Shown here: positions 9,676-22,910 of the stretch, piece after piece | Numbering within the stretch: position 1 is the first letter of the stretch | Layout: every line of letters starts with the position of its first letter | From: Phoronis australis | Taxonomy: Eukaryota; Animalia; Phoronida | Direction: 5' to 3' | NCBI GenBank assembly: GCA_002633005.1 | Contig: NMRA01000251.1 | Coordinates: forward strand, 446,636-510,635 | DNA length: 64,000 nucleotides | Notes under the pieces: generated by a model | The model's input: only the letters and a program-made list of their open reading frames with translations | What the model was told of the DNA's origin: nothing | The model's database searches: none | Translations under genes and position numbers: made by a program

Positions 9676-12600
9676 GTAAAAAAGGTTCCTCAACAAGATA
9701 CTTCTACATTATGTAGTCACCAATGACACCCAGACTGATAAGATGTCGGAAAATCAAAGGTCTTGCAGTCCCTTCTAAAATTTGATGCCTTCAACTAGAT
9801 CATGGATTATCTAAGTAAACATTCAAATCTATACTAGTCTAGCCTACTAGAAAGGTAAAGATAGGCCTTTTCCAGGGGCTTACCATCAGAAAATCCCTTT
9901 TAAGCACAGCACCACTGATACAAGCACATATGTAGCACTGCGGGTTAATTCCACAAAATTAGTGCTGTTAGTGGCATCATGGGAAGAAACTGGTACAGTT
10001 AACAAAAACTATTTTATCACAAGTAGCCAGGCTTAGATTAGGGATTTTCCAAAGCATAACATGGAAATAGCATTTACAAACTAACAACACCAAGACGTAG
10101 GCTTAAGGCAGGGTGGTCTCTTAGGACATCAAAGGAATTCTGGTGACAGCAACATATTAAAGAGATTTCAATAGCCTCCTTCTTACAAAGTAGTTATTCC
10201 TACCAGATTAGATTTATAGCATTAGAAACACTTAAGTCCTGTTAAGACATCAATTTATGGGCCAGCGCAACTGACATGGAGCAAATTGATCAGTGTCAAG
10301 CGGCCATTAACACACCCAACTCACTAACTATGGCAAGACGGAAGTTGTAGGTTGGAGAGTGGAATGCACATGTGCAGGTTTAAAACTGGCGGGAGTTGCA
10401 AAGACAGAGAACCCGTATGTAGGTCATTGCACAAGTACAGTAGAGATGATCCCTTCCACCTAGCCCCAGTTTCGAGTTTAGACATATAATTTGACACGGA
10501 ACAAGACGGTCACCGCGGTATCAATTTGGTCCAAGTCAGTCCTGTTTAAAGACATACTTGGGCTAGAATATCTCGTGTCAGCTGATTGCTGCCAACTATT
10601 GTAGTGTAAACGGCACTTAAGAGTAGGCTCTGCAGGTGTTCAGGCTGAGTGGGGTATAATTTGTAAATGCAAATTATGAGTTGTGTTCGTCAGGTTCAAG
10701 GTATTAAAAGTGCAAATTCTATAAGAATTTCTAGCACTACCAAAAACAGAATGCATACTGGTTTTGAGGCTAAAAACGTATCAAAGTCAGTGACTCAAAA
10801 ACGAGATTGAGGACATAAAAACATGGCAAGCCTAATGAAGTACCATATTCGCCCTAATAAGCACCCATGCCCCTATAAGTGCCCCCACGTGTTTTCAGTG
10901 TGGACTCTATCCAGCCAGTCAGCCAGCTGCCAGCCAATACTCAGCTCTAAAAACTTGAAGGGTTGGTTAGTTACCGACTATAGCTGTATGAAGACTATCG
11001 TACCACTGTATGTTGAGATCCGTTAGCCCCGAAATTTCAGACAGCCGTTGACTTAACCCGGGTATAGTTGATTTATGCTCGTCACCCCATCATAAAACTT
11101 AGGCTACCTCAACATATAAAGCTAAAAGACCAGCGGGGGCGCAAGCAAAATCTGGTATTCACCGACACTCACATTGTTCGTTGCAGCCGTTTAAGTGGAA
11201 AACAATCAAATAAACGTCATTTGGTAGCATATTGCCGCCTTTTGTAATAAAGAAGTGGGTCGTCCGTTTCAAAAACAGTACGCTCATAAGACACGGCGCA
11301 CGTGCCATTTCCTAAAAATTTGAAATGTCTTTCGGGACACGATGACAGCTTCGCGGCACCAAGGTTATTCTAAAATTCGTTTTTCTGGTATAAAAATACT
11401 AAAAACTTGTAACGAAATTGAACAAGTTCCGATAATTTGTTGTAACATATAGGCAACCTAGGTACCGGCAGCGACGAACACTTGATGAAAGAATCGAGGA
11501 AAAGAAACTGGTAAATGTCAGGTGACGTAATCGCAAAAAGCCGACTCAAGAGAACACATCACAATTTTAGCAGCAGCCGATGAACGATCGCTAACTTTTC
11601 CAACACTGGTAAATACTGAAGTTAGTTCTAGGAGCCTGGTTCCTAGGTTTACTCAAGGATGAGATTAGTTTGAATGGCATTAATTTTGGGTTAGATTTTA
11701 TTTGTCCATTTTTTACCCATATCGGCTCAAACCTGTAGAACTATATTTAGTATACAGCTTTGGGCCAAGGCTTGGGTAACCCGGCGATGGTTACCATGAC
11801 CATCCCTTTAGAAGACAACTTTTTCGAAGAGTTTGAGCAATCAGGTGCCATTCAAAAAGGTATAGCAAACCTTTTACAGCACTGTAGCAAACAATAAAAA
11901 TAAGGACGATTGATACAATGACATAAGCAATGAATGTGTAAAGCAGCCGATACCCTGCCATTCACGTCACTGACACATCAGCCAATCAGCGATCGCTTTC
12001 AGGATTCAGTGTTTTAACTATGAATACGAGTCGGCTTTTGTTTGGCACGCAAGTGAGTTTTGTTTGTATGTTAGAACCAATTAACTGCAACATTATTTTG
12101 AATACAGTCCCCTTTTAAAGAAAAGGTCGTTTCCAGAAACTCATTCAAGGCATTGCATCGGATATCCCTGGTAATCTGCACATCTATGTACAGAATAATG
12201 CCCCATAATTAAGCTTTCAAAGTATGTTATGGGGCAATGATAGCCTTTTGCGTCACCATTTTTCGGATACCAGGAATCAAGGATGTGCCCCAACTATTAA
12301 GACTATTCGCATTGAACAAATTCTCAGTCACTGACAACACAAAATTGCATTACCGTAAAAAGGTGCTGGGAAAAACCTAATCAAATGTATCATGTCAGTA
12401 GAGATTGATAAATCACAGCATTATCGTACGTGAGATTTGAATCATAAGTCTAGTTAGGGTCCATGAATCTGTTGCAAGCCAGATAAAATGGCCTACAGAA
12501 GCCACTACGTTGAACAAGGAAGAGCATTCCTTGACTGACAAGGAAGAAAGTCATCGCCGATCAATTTATGGTAAGATGATTGTGACAGTTAAAAGTATAA

Positions 12601-13007
12601 AATGCAGAGCGTCTATATGTGGCATAAGCCTGTTGGATGCCAAAACTCCTAAGAAATGGATAGAATGACAAAAGCTACCAAAACTGAATTGATTTTGTTA
12701 ATAGGCCCAAATGTAGAAACAGGTTTGTGTCAGTTGTTGTGTAATATCACATTGCACAGCAGCTTCTGCATTTACACTGTTGAAAGACATGAAGACCATA
12801 GCCAGTCACAGACTTTCACTCTGTGCCACAAGAACCGTAAGTCATAGCACGCAACAAGATGATACTTGAAACTGCACAGACTAATTCAGGTACTGGAAAG
12901 TTTTGGAAAAACTACAGGACTTATAACGCAAAGGCAATATCATAATGCTAAATCATTATGATATAATATTTTAAAAAATTATTGTTGTTTTCCTAGAAAG
13001 GCTTTAA

Positions 13008-13351
13008 AAGCATGCCAAACCTGGTTTTGGCTTACTAAAAATGACTTTCTTATACAGATCTCAGAAAAAAAATGTTGCCTTGTAACACTCGACAAACCTC
13101 AAAAGTTTGGAAAAAAAATTTAAACTTCTTTTGAAGTCTGCAAAACAGGCAAGTGTGACCCACGCATTTAGCAAAACAGCAACTGTAGGAAAAGACCATT
13201 TACCAAGGACCATAATGTGCAATTTGGGAGATAAGGTTATGAGTTTTTAGTTAATTCCTGCTTTTATCTTTCAAGATTGACGCCAATGATACATTAGCAG
13301 GTGACAAAATGAGGATTGGTTGAAATAATCAAAACAGGGTTCAGTATCCTT
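13008..13351. mobile_element. TTAA-flanked MITE (related copy from about 28687)
   Basis: TTAA|AAGCATGCCAAACCTGGTTTTG ... CAAAACAGGGTTCAGTATCCTT|TTAA; shares TGTAA..CTCGACAA.CCTCAAAAGTT with 28768-28797. Confidence 0.55.
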
Positions 13352-13764
13352 TTAAATTTACCTTCAAAATTAGCTCCAAAAATAAATGTTGGACAAGACT
13401 CTCTTAAATTTTGCTCTAATTTCTGTTTTTGTAGTCAATAGAAAGATTAGAAATTCTTTGGAAAAAGGGGTGCTGTCCTATTTTTTCCCAATAAAAAATT
13501 TTTATTGTTCACAAAGTGAATCCTAAATGTATTTCTACGAACTCGAGCTGCTGTGACTAATATTTTAGTACACTTTGACAACAAAAACTTCAAAGCCTAA
13601 TTTCTAATAGGCTATGCTACAGGCTTCGAAAGTACCTGTTCAAATACCTCAAAATAGGGCTCCGTACATTCCAAAATGCTAAGAATGACACAAATCCTGT
13701 ATGGCAATATTAATAGCAAGGTCAGCATCAGTTTTTACAATACCTTTCTCAGACATTCTCTTTA

Positions 13765-14372
13765 AGGTTATCCAAAACCTTGTCAAGAAGTGCGCACTTA
13801 GCCAAATATCTACATATTAAGTATAAAATTTAACTCGGTAATGGTATATATTTTCTAACAGTAGAAAGCCTGTAGATTTCTGATTATTTTAGTTTCTACT
13901 AATCTGCCATTGGTTGGGTCATGTGATCATGTGAAACAGTACAATCATGGCAAAAGGTGCCTGGACCATTAAATTCACGTCCCTGTGCTCAAATGGTTAT
14001 GTAAGTCCTTATTGACAAATCTGCGTGTTAAGACAATTGAAATATCTACATATCATTGATTTCAATTGAGTAAAAGCAAATGATTTTTAAAAGTAGAAAG
14101 CCTGTAGAATTTGTTTTGACTTTTTATCAATTAGGTCACACGACCGTGTCTTTCTAGTACATTTTATCACAAAAACAAAAATAAAGAGCTAGCAAAACAA
14201 TGGCATCAATAACAAGTCTTAATCAAATTTTACTTGATAAAAATGTTGAAGAAAAGGACTCAAAAACACTGGAACAGTTTTTTAAATTAACATTTGTTTC
14301 AATTTTATGCAGCTTTTGATTTTTATGAAAACGATGAAAGTTCTACTATTTATAATTCTAATTTGGATCACT
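13765..14372. mobile_element. TTAA-flanked repeat family (related copies at about 17400-17850 inverted and about 32020-32420)
   Basis: GGTTATCCAAA ... TTTGGATCACT|TTAA; shared GGTCA(C/T)(A/G)TGA(C/T)C and TTTAAAAACAATTCC motifs. Confidence 0.5.
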
Positions 14373-14632
14373 TTAAAAACAATTCCAAACAGCATTCAGA
14401 ATTCAATGCAGTGAGTAAACGATGTGTGTTGGTTCGGTACAGCTGAATAAAAGGAACAAATTTTCAAAAATTTGAACACTACTAGGAACATGATTAAATA
14501 CAAGAAAACTTATCTGTAAAATACTGTTGGAATTGCAGACAAGACATTCTAGCAAACGGTGAAACCATCACAGCCAACTTGAACACAGCAAGAAGATGGA
14601 CGATGCAAAAACCAGCTGAACAAGGGGCAGCC

Positions 14633-14776
14633 ATGTCTTCAAAGCAAAGGCGACAGAAGACTTTGCTTTTGAAAAAATTACCTGAGCTCTACCAGGATTT
14701 GGTTGTTGGATATATGCTTCCCGCAAAACTACATGCAACAGGAGCTCTTGATATAGAAGCGCTCGAAAGCATACAG
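14633..14776 (+). CDS. CARD-coiled-coil gene 2, coding exon 1 (divergent CARD N-half)
   Basis: GCAGCCATG Kozak context (an upstream in-frame ATG also exists at 14603); MSSKQRRQKTLLLKKLPELYQDLVVGYMLPAKLHATGALDIEALESIQ; donor CAG|GTACTT phase 0; similar size to gene 1 exon 1. Confidence 0.75.
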
Positions 14777-15109
14777 GTACTTCAATATTCTAAAGGAATA
14801 TGAGATCTTTGTTGCAGAACCATTGTTTCCATTAGGCGATATTTACAAAATGGCACCTGATCATGATATTCTTTTATGTAAACTTAAAAATTTTCTTAGA
14901 CTTTTCTTCACATTTGCTGCTGATGTAAAAAGCAAGTCCAACAATACACTTATTTTGCTGGACTTCTAGAAGAATAAACAATTGTAGTTTCTGTGGAACT
15001 TAAAGTGGTTAAAACCACTATTTAGCTGGTTTCTGAAGCGACTAGGCTGTCAGCATCATTTAACTTTCATTCATAGCATTTCATGTTGCAACTATAAGTT
15101 CAGTATTCC

Positions 15110-15354
15110 CAAAACAAAAAAAAAACAGAAGAAAGGTAAAAGTTTGTTAGCTCCAGGGACATGAGTGTGAGGCGTGAACATACTCAGCGCCAGTGTGTCA
15201 TGTCCACCAACATGCGCATTTCTAGTACAACATTGAGCCATATCTACACTTCTACGGACGGACGCCGTACGGACGCCGGACGGACACCGGACGCACGGAC
15301 AGACATAGATGACGGCATAATGCGTCCACACATAAATGTGTGAGCGCATAAAAA
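15110..15354 (+). mobile_element. HINE/Helentron-like non-autonomous element 3' end
   Basis: (CGGA)n-type microsatellite at 15255-15303, then hairpin ATGCGTCCACACA-TAAA-TGTGTGAGCGCAT and AAAAA. Confidence 0.55.
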
Positions 15355-15768
15355 TGCTTCAACAATCTTAAAAATTATTTGGAAAAATAAACAAGATAAT
15401 CAAACTTCCATTTTTTCAAAAACATTCAATATTCATTTATGTTATGTCAAGTTATGTCTATGGCATAACTTAAAAATGTATTATTTTTTAACAATCATAC
15501 AACTTGTTAGGGACGACTTCTGACATTTTCAGGCATTTTTTGAGACTTGAACAATGACTTGTCTAAACAGGGTGGGTTAATTTGCAAGATATTTTACAGT
15601 TATTCTATTGCCTATGGACAAGGGAACTGTCTCATATTTTCTATTTTCCTTCAAAAAATAGAAATCAGTGACCAAAAGAGAATAGGGATTTTTTAAAGAG
15701 AGCCTTTGATGGCCAATTCTTTACAGGTAAATCAAAAATATGAGACAAGGATTCATGAGTACTCACAG

Positions 15769-16009
15769 CAGTGGCAGATCTACATTTTCAGTAAGGGGGG
15801 TTTAGGATTTTGAGCGAATCCGAGGCGCGTAGCGCTGAGCAGAAGGAAGGTTGGGAGGGAGACCCCTCCCGTGTAAGATTTTTTGTGGTTTTTAGTAGCT
15901 GATTTCGTTTTTCTGGCAAAATTTTTTTCAATTTTGATTTTTGATCCTGTCCCAAGGGGGGGGGGGGTTTGAACCCCTTAACCCCCACCCCCCCGTAGAT
16001 CTGTCTCTG
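15769..16009. mobile_element. hAT-like MITE
   Basis: TIR CAGTGGCAGATCTA ... TAGATCTGTCTCTG; similar end at 20813-20826; no clear TSD. Confidence 0.5.
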
Positions 16010-16921
16010 CACCGTATATATTAAATCATCCATGCTTAAGATTTTCACATTCAGAGCAAAAATGAGTATATTCTCAAAGAATGTTAGTTTCATAATTATT
16101 AAAAAAAAAAACAGTGCAGGTGGTCTGATGTCATTTGCGGTGAATCAGAAGTGCGCATAATTATTAACAATGTACAATGTTTTAAGCTATGCATTATAAG
16201 GATTCAATCCAGGAAAATTTAGAAAGCATAAACCGTATTTGTCCAGGTTATCATCCATGGTGCTTAAATATACGTGTTGCCAACATTTGAATTCCTAAAA
16301 TTGAGAGGTGGCAGAAGCTGATGTCCGAAAATCCTCATCAGCCGGCCTCTTCACAGAAGAAACGTAACGGGAATTTTCAAAATCATCCTTAGTGTTTGGT
16401 TGATAGAAGGTAATAGGTAAAAAGCTTAATAGGAAAACATCTGACAAATCTCATCAAAGTCCTGGCGGGGGGTGGCAGAGACAGAGATAAGGGCGATATG
16501 CACCCACACATAAAAGTGATATGAAAAATTTGGTACCAGCAAACATTGACAATGAATTTTATTTTGAATACAGTACAATATTGACTTCTGGAATGTCTTT
16601 CAAATAAACATGTCATAGTGCGACCAAATTTTCCCCCGCCACCTTAGGATCCACACATTTCTAAGGTCGTCATTTTATTTGGTAATGCTCGTTCTGCAAA
16701 GATAAGCCAGATAAATCTCTTTGTAGAACAGTGTTGCCAAGAAATGTGAAAATTTTCACACAATTATAATTCTCAAAATATTTACATGAGAAAATGTTGG
16801 CGTTGTGTAGAATTTGGACTCTGCCAGACTTTGAATGTCGCTGGTCAGGTTTTCTTTTAGACATTAGACACCACAAACATTGTTTTTTATTCATTTTAAT
16901 GACACAAACTATTGATTGCAG

Positions 16922-17069
16922 AATGAAAACGAGAACAGAAGGAAGATATGGATAATGATAAAGAGTATGCAAGGTCCAAACGTTTTAGACACGTTTATTC
17001 AGGCACTTCAAGACACAAATCCGTTCGTGACCGAGATGTTACAGAAAGCTAATAGAAAGTCACTAGAAG
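16922..17069 (+). CDS. CARD-coiled-coil gene 2, exon 2 (CARD C-half)
   Basis: Acceptor TTGCAG|; NENENRRKIWIMIKSMQGPNVLDTFIQALQDTNPFVTEMLQKANRKSLE; donor G|GTTAGT phase 1; aligns to gene 1 exon 2 and both end in SLE. Confidence 0.8.
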
Positions 17070-17963
17070 GTTAGTCCTCGACAGTCAGTTCACAATATTT
17101 GATTTGCAAGCTCTAGGAAACAGCAGTAAAATAGATTTCTTTCCTTTTCAATTTACTACAATGTTAGTTGGTAATTGGAGGACAACCTTAGTTCTAAAAG
17201 GAACTGAACATGAAATCAATGTTCCACCTGAATTCCGACTCCATGATGCAAGCCTTTTGTTGGGCAGTTTACAATCAGTGCTGCTTGGATGGTGAATACA
17301 CACCTGGGGAACACTAATTAACACGGAAAATGTTCTTTGCAAAAATTCAACATAAAAATGGTTGCTTTAGTTTTAAAAGCAAAGCCCAGGCAGGCACTTC
17401 TACAAACTGTTGGGTTAAGATCATGCAAAAAGTCTGATGTTGTCCAACTTCTGAACATCATATCTCAGAAATAGCTCATTGGATTCACATGAAACTTTCA
17501 GATACTATGCTGTTGTACAAAATGCGGTTAAAAGAATTGTCTTTAAAATGTTCCACTTTTGCATGCAAAATAGAAGCTTATAAAATGAGTTGCATAAAAT
17601 CAAAATGGAATGATTAATTAAAAAAACTGTTAGTAACAACGTTTTTGAGATTTTATCTTGAATAATTGTATCATATAAAGTTTGGTCATGTTATTGGTCC
17701 TGTTGTTTTACTATGAATGTACCTTAACTTTTTTACTAAATTCCCTAAAAAGTAAGGTCACATGACCTAACTCGTGGCGCATTGGTATAATCTGTTTGCT
17801 GAGTAAAATAGTTTTGTAAATATTTGTCTAAATGTATAAACTTGTGCATAAGGTCCAGCATAACTTTAATGACCATTCAAATCGACTATTTTACAAAGTT
17901 AGGAATTAAAGCTAGGCAGAATTTGTGGGTTGCAGGCAAGCACGTTGTCTGCATTTCAGGAAG

Positions 17964-18030
17964 TACCGTCTTATCTTGATGTTGGCTCATTTCAGCAACT
18001 GAAATGAGCCAACATCAAGATAAGACGGTA
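17964..18030. repeat. Perfect palindrome: 32-bp arms with a 3-nt loop
   Basis: TACCGTCTTATCTTGATGTTGGCTCATTTCAG-CAA-CTGAAATGAGCCAACATCAAGATAAGACGGTA. Confidence 0.95.
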
Positions 18031-18462
18031 GTTTAAATTAAGGTTGGACATATAACAGAGCATGGGCTGTCAAAGGTGAAAATTTGGAAAATTGAGGTGT
18101 GAGAATGGAGTGAAGCATGGCTGTTTATCATTAACAACAAGGAGCAGATTGGAGGACTCCATATTTAACATACTGTTAATTGTCCACTGATTTTATCAGT
18201 AAACTCCTATTTTAGACACATTTGGCAACACTGATAATATCAGGAACAGCAAATCTTCAATTATTTTGAACATATCAAAAATGTTCTTACCCATAATGTT
18301 GATGAGAAATTTTCTCAGTTTCTTTCAATATACAATTATCAAAAACTGGATACTTTTTGAAATGCAACAGCAGTCAGGTTTTAAGATTTTATTTTAGATA
18401 AATAATAGCCATTAAAGCGAACGTAGTCAGGCGTGACTGGTTTCACTTTTGCATCCTGGCAG

Positions 18463-18601
18463 ACCTGTATCCATATGAGAAAGGCACCGAAGTAGCTGAA
18501 TTACTGGACGATGTCAAGACTTTGACTGAAGAGGAGAAGGACAAACTAATACACCATCTTGCACTGAAGGCTGACTTAAACAAAGAGAAAGAAGAGAATA
18601 A
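18463..18601 (+). CDS. CARD-coiled-coil gene 2, exon 3
   Basis: DLYPYEKGTEVAELLDDVKTLTEEEKDKLIHHLALKADLNKEKEEN; donor AA|GTAAGA phase 2; matches gene 1 LVKHLVLKADFEKEREEN. Confidence 0.85.
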
Positions 18602-19010
18602 GTAAGATCTGAAAATTATGTCCATGTTATTCAAGTGGCACTCACATCTTGTAACAAACTAATCGTCAACTGAAAACATTCAACAAAACAGACACCAGGT
18701 CACAGAATTGACATCTAGATCTTGCGCTCTGTAATCCCCAAGCCATCATAATTGTCACAGAATGCGAGTCGAACACTGCACAAGTGTGGGTCTACTAAAC
18801 AGCAGAGTTCAATAAGATGACATCACAAAAACTGCAGCAGAGCACACAGGTAGATCAAAGTTGTTTCTATGTAAGTAAGCCTTGTCTTCAATATAACTGT
18901 CCTCGAGTTTCTAGGCACCATTCTCTTTGATTTCAAGTCAATGTGAGGAAAACAATAAAATTTCCATCACAAAACCTAACTTCTGATCTAGCCCACTCAC
19001 CAGTATGAAG

Positions 19011-21957
19011 TACCGTAAACTCGCCGGTTAATGTCCATGCCCATGTAATCGTCCATCCCCGATTTTTGGTCAACTTTCGGTTTAAGCGTCCACTGCTTGG
19101 GTAATCGCCCATCCCCTACTTTGTGCTAATTTCCATGTAAGCATCCACCTCTCGGGTAATCGCCCATCCCCAACTTACCGTTTACAGAACTTGCACTTGA
19201 ACTCGTGCTTTTGTTCACAGCTTCGCCTCGGCCTCAGACTTCCGTGTGTGCAGAAATACGGCATGCTTACGCCTGTGTACAATTGTCTCGAAAAGTGTGT
19301 TTTGCAGCTGGCGTTTGTGAAATAATTCAAGCACTGCAACCACCTTTTTTAAACTTATCAACTGATCTTTTGTTAAATTAATATAGGCCTACTCCGTAGA
19401 TTTTTATAGAAGTGACGCTAGCCTACTACAAGATTAGCGTATGACGTCCTGGTCGTCATTGATGTAGGTTTGTCTAGGTGACAGGTTTTCGAATTACCTA
19501 GTCTAAATTTTCTTTTATCAGACACGCAGCATTCTTGGCACACCTTCGTCTGCGTTTCCAAGCCACCATTTTACCCGACAAACCACACGCAGTCGAGTAA
19601 AACTTACTTTAGTCTATAGCTCAAGAAATTGTCTGCTAAGAATGGAGAAACGGTGTTGATATGGTGTGTGTAGCACCGACAGTCGTTATGCTGCTCCAGA
19701 ATAATATCCCGTCATTTTATGGCATGTCCTAAGCCAAAAAATGATGTTGAAAAGCGTAAACTATGGATCAAACTGTACGGCCACACGAGCAGCTGAACTT
19801 AGCGATGTTGCTTGATAACTCGAAGGCTATAATAAACACAAACATATTAGTTCCAAGATACGCACTTTTCAGCTTGGTGGCTATGGTACAGGACTATCTC
19901 AGATTTTGACTCCCGAGTTTCCTACGTCTGGCCGCCTTGGTCTCGGCACCTGCTGGATCTTAGCACTCTAGTGGTAGTCCCCGGAAATTGTTGTTTTCAA
20001 GGACATTTTTATTTTATGTTTTTTTATTTATTTCAACCTAATGGACATTATTTTGTTTCGTATCAGAGGTACATTTTTGTTATTCATAAACCATAGGCTG
20101 GCATTCAACTGAACTTCTCTCCCGGTCAAAATTCAGAGATTCGATCGGCACAGGGAAGGGCACTGGATTACTGCCGCAACTCAAAGCCTTGGTCGAGCTG
20201 TTGTCACTAAAAATAAACTGTTGAATTACTTTTTGACGTGTACCTCTAGTATACACTATGTCTGTAGAGTTAGAGAGAGCTCATTTTGAAGTTATTCAAA
20301 CATGATATTTAGATTTATGAAGTTTTGAAAAAGAATTTGAGTTATTTTTGTAAATACTCTATTTTTGTAACTACCACACCAGACTTGTAATCTTTTGTAA
20401 CCATACCACGACTAAGTGATAATGCTACCTTCAAAATTAAATGAAAGCTACCTTTATACAATGAAACTACAAAAAAATGTCAAGTTCATAAGCAGGTAGG
20501 CCTAACTTAAATGTCTTAATGGTGCAAACCAACAATTCCATAGGTTGCCGCAAGCAAAATGAAACAGAAAGAGCGTGAAGCCTGAGGAAATATTGAGTTC
20601 AGTAACTAGGACCGGTAGCGGAAGAGGAGGGGGCTCAGACCACAGATCGCGGCGGAATTGTGTTCCTGTTTTTTTTAGTCCACCGATAGATTTTCTAAAT
20701 TGAGGTCCAAAGGCCTACATCCCTGGCCCTTGAAACTTTCAGGCCGCCTGTGCACATACAATCGCACTTTGCCCAATTCCACGAGGCAACATATGTGGTA
20801 CCTGTGGTATCCTAGATCCGCCACTGAATTCCAGACATTAATTTGACTTAGACACAGCCCTAGACCTACCGAAGCTAACTGTTTGCCTACGACTAGATGA
20901 GTGTGTACCTGAGCTATGAACCTGAATTTTTTGATCAAAATATTTCGTTACAAGATTAAAAAAGCATAAACAGTGCTATCGAGTTGACCTAGTCAGAGAC
21001 TATAGTGCATGTGTTGTCTGTAATATATGACCTACTTTACTCCAGGAGTCCTACCAGTTGTGACCTACTTTTCATTTGGCGAAATTTAGCAGAAGACAGA
21101 ATAAAAATATCGGTGAATCTTCACTGATTTTATTCGAAAGATCATGAAATCCCATATCATGAACGTACAATTCTCTGTTGAAAAGCAGCGCCTCTTGTCT
21201 CTGTCGAAGCGTTTTCAAATAGTGCAAAAAACACTCATCGATTCCACCAGGAATGTCGTTTAGCGACAATGTATTTGCCTCTGACATCTCATTCGATTGT
21301 CAGGTATCACGTGACTTTTCGCACAGGGGCAGAGCTTGCGATAGGTCAATTGCAAACGTTTAGTGTCGGTCAGGAACAAACAGTCCATGTTTTTAATCCA
21401 GCAACAGATAAACTAAACAGTGAATCAAAAGTATATCGCGTTTAATATGCAGATGACATAAACAACTATGAGATGGGACCTGAAGGGTTCCAACAAAACA
21501 CAATCATACGAACAACACTTACAATACAATGGCGCTGGAAACGACATGTAGTCCCGTTCACTGATCTGAAACGGTGCTCGCTGATACAGTAAGTAGACTG
21601 CCATGCAAGTTTCATAAAGCTCTGTGGCACAACATTTTGCAGCACGCTAATATATTTGAAAACATCGTACTTTATAACAACGTTCTCGCGAAATCACCCT
21701 TTCAAAGTTGAAATCCTGTTTCTGTTTGAGCCGTGAGAAACTTTGTGGTTGTCGGGTTCCACTGTTTGACCAAGCTTACCAGTTTCATGCTCGAATAAAC
21801 AACCCGTGAGCTTTCCCAGTTCGGCTAAAACTTGGACGTAAGCGGCCACTGCTTGAGTAATTGCTCACCCCCGACTTTTTGCCAATTTTTTCGGTTTAAG
21901 CGCCCACTTCTTGGGTAATTGCCCACCCCTCNNNNNNNNNNNCCCCCCATCTCAGGG
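19011..21957. mobile_element. Composite non-autonomous DNA transposon of about 2.9 kb in gene 2 intron 3
   Basis: Left end TACCGTAAACTCGCCGGTTAA; partial right end TTAACCTGTGAGTT; TAATCGCCCA-type subterminal repeats at both ends; N gap at 21932-21942. Confidence 0.55.
19642..19857 (+). pseudogene. Degenerate THAP-domain fragment (transposon-derived)
   Basis: MEKRC*YGVCSTDSRY ... PKPK..VEKRKLWIKLYG..HEQLN ... NKHKHISSK, with stops and frameshifts. Confidence 0.55.
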
Positions 21958-22290
21958 TTTCCCAATTTAAGCGACCTGGGTCTTAACCTGTGAGTTCCTC
22001 ATTCAAATTACAGATGATTTCAGGGCTTGACAAGAACTGACAGTTCTTTACTGCTGATGACCAGGATCTACAAGTAGTAGACTTGTCACGGCATGTCATT
22101 TTAGTTATGCGCCGGCCATGGTCTCAAGGAAAAGTTGAATTGTTAGATCTCTGGAAACCCAAAAAGTCACTTCTAGTCTGAGTAAAAGAACAAGTTGCAA
22201 GAGTGGCAAATGGTCTATATCAAAGATTCACTTCATACATTATGTTTAAGACTTCCTTAAGAGTAACGATGAACAACATCCTTATTACAG

Positions 22291-22608
22291 GTACTTGCAA
22301 CAAGAAATAGAACGCCTAAGATCTAATAGTGATGATCCTAACCACAAAAAGGTAGAAAACTTGGCAGTAGTAGGTGAAGATGAGGTACCTAAAGAGGATG
22401 TGTCGACCAGAACAACAGAGTCAAGTGAAACACTGAATGACCAACATAGGGAACTTGAACAGATTACTAGCGACCTAAAAGAATTAGTCGACAAAATAAA
22501 CTACATGGCAATACAGATACTTCGTCAACCAACAGATAACCTTAGCAGCCCTCCTGAAATCCTGAATCTGTTGGAGCAAAAGTTTCAGGGTCAAGGTGTC
22601 ACTGATAG
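22291..22608 (+). CDS. CARD-coiled-coil gene 2, exon 4 (coiled coil)
   Basis: Acceptor TTACAG|; (K)YLQQEIERLR... versus gene 1 (R)ILAQEIKENL; donor AG|GTGGGT phase 2; in frame with ORF 22295..22630. Confidence 0.78.
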
Positions 22609-22910
22609 GTGGGTGTACCAAGTTGACTAACAAAATAATAATCTAACAAGATGAAAGTTATGTAAGGCACTTTGTGTTGTAAAAATAAGACACTTGACCA
22701 TTTGTGCTAAATATAAACAGAATTTCTTTAAGTAGTGCACCACTGAATATCAAGTTATAGCGGTGCTTTGGTGACATAAAATCCTTAAATAACATCTGAT
22801 TTGAAACTTACTAAAAAATTAACAACTACAATAATTATTGTACCTGAGTACAGCTATTTAGTAACCACAGATCACAAAATTATTTTTGCCATGCATTGCT
22901 TTATTTTCAG

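Noticed and set aside
22801-22910. N-terminal part of the 472-aa ORF
   Set aside because: Starts at TTG and is intronic; the real exon begins after the TTTTCAG acceptor ending at 22910.
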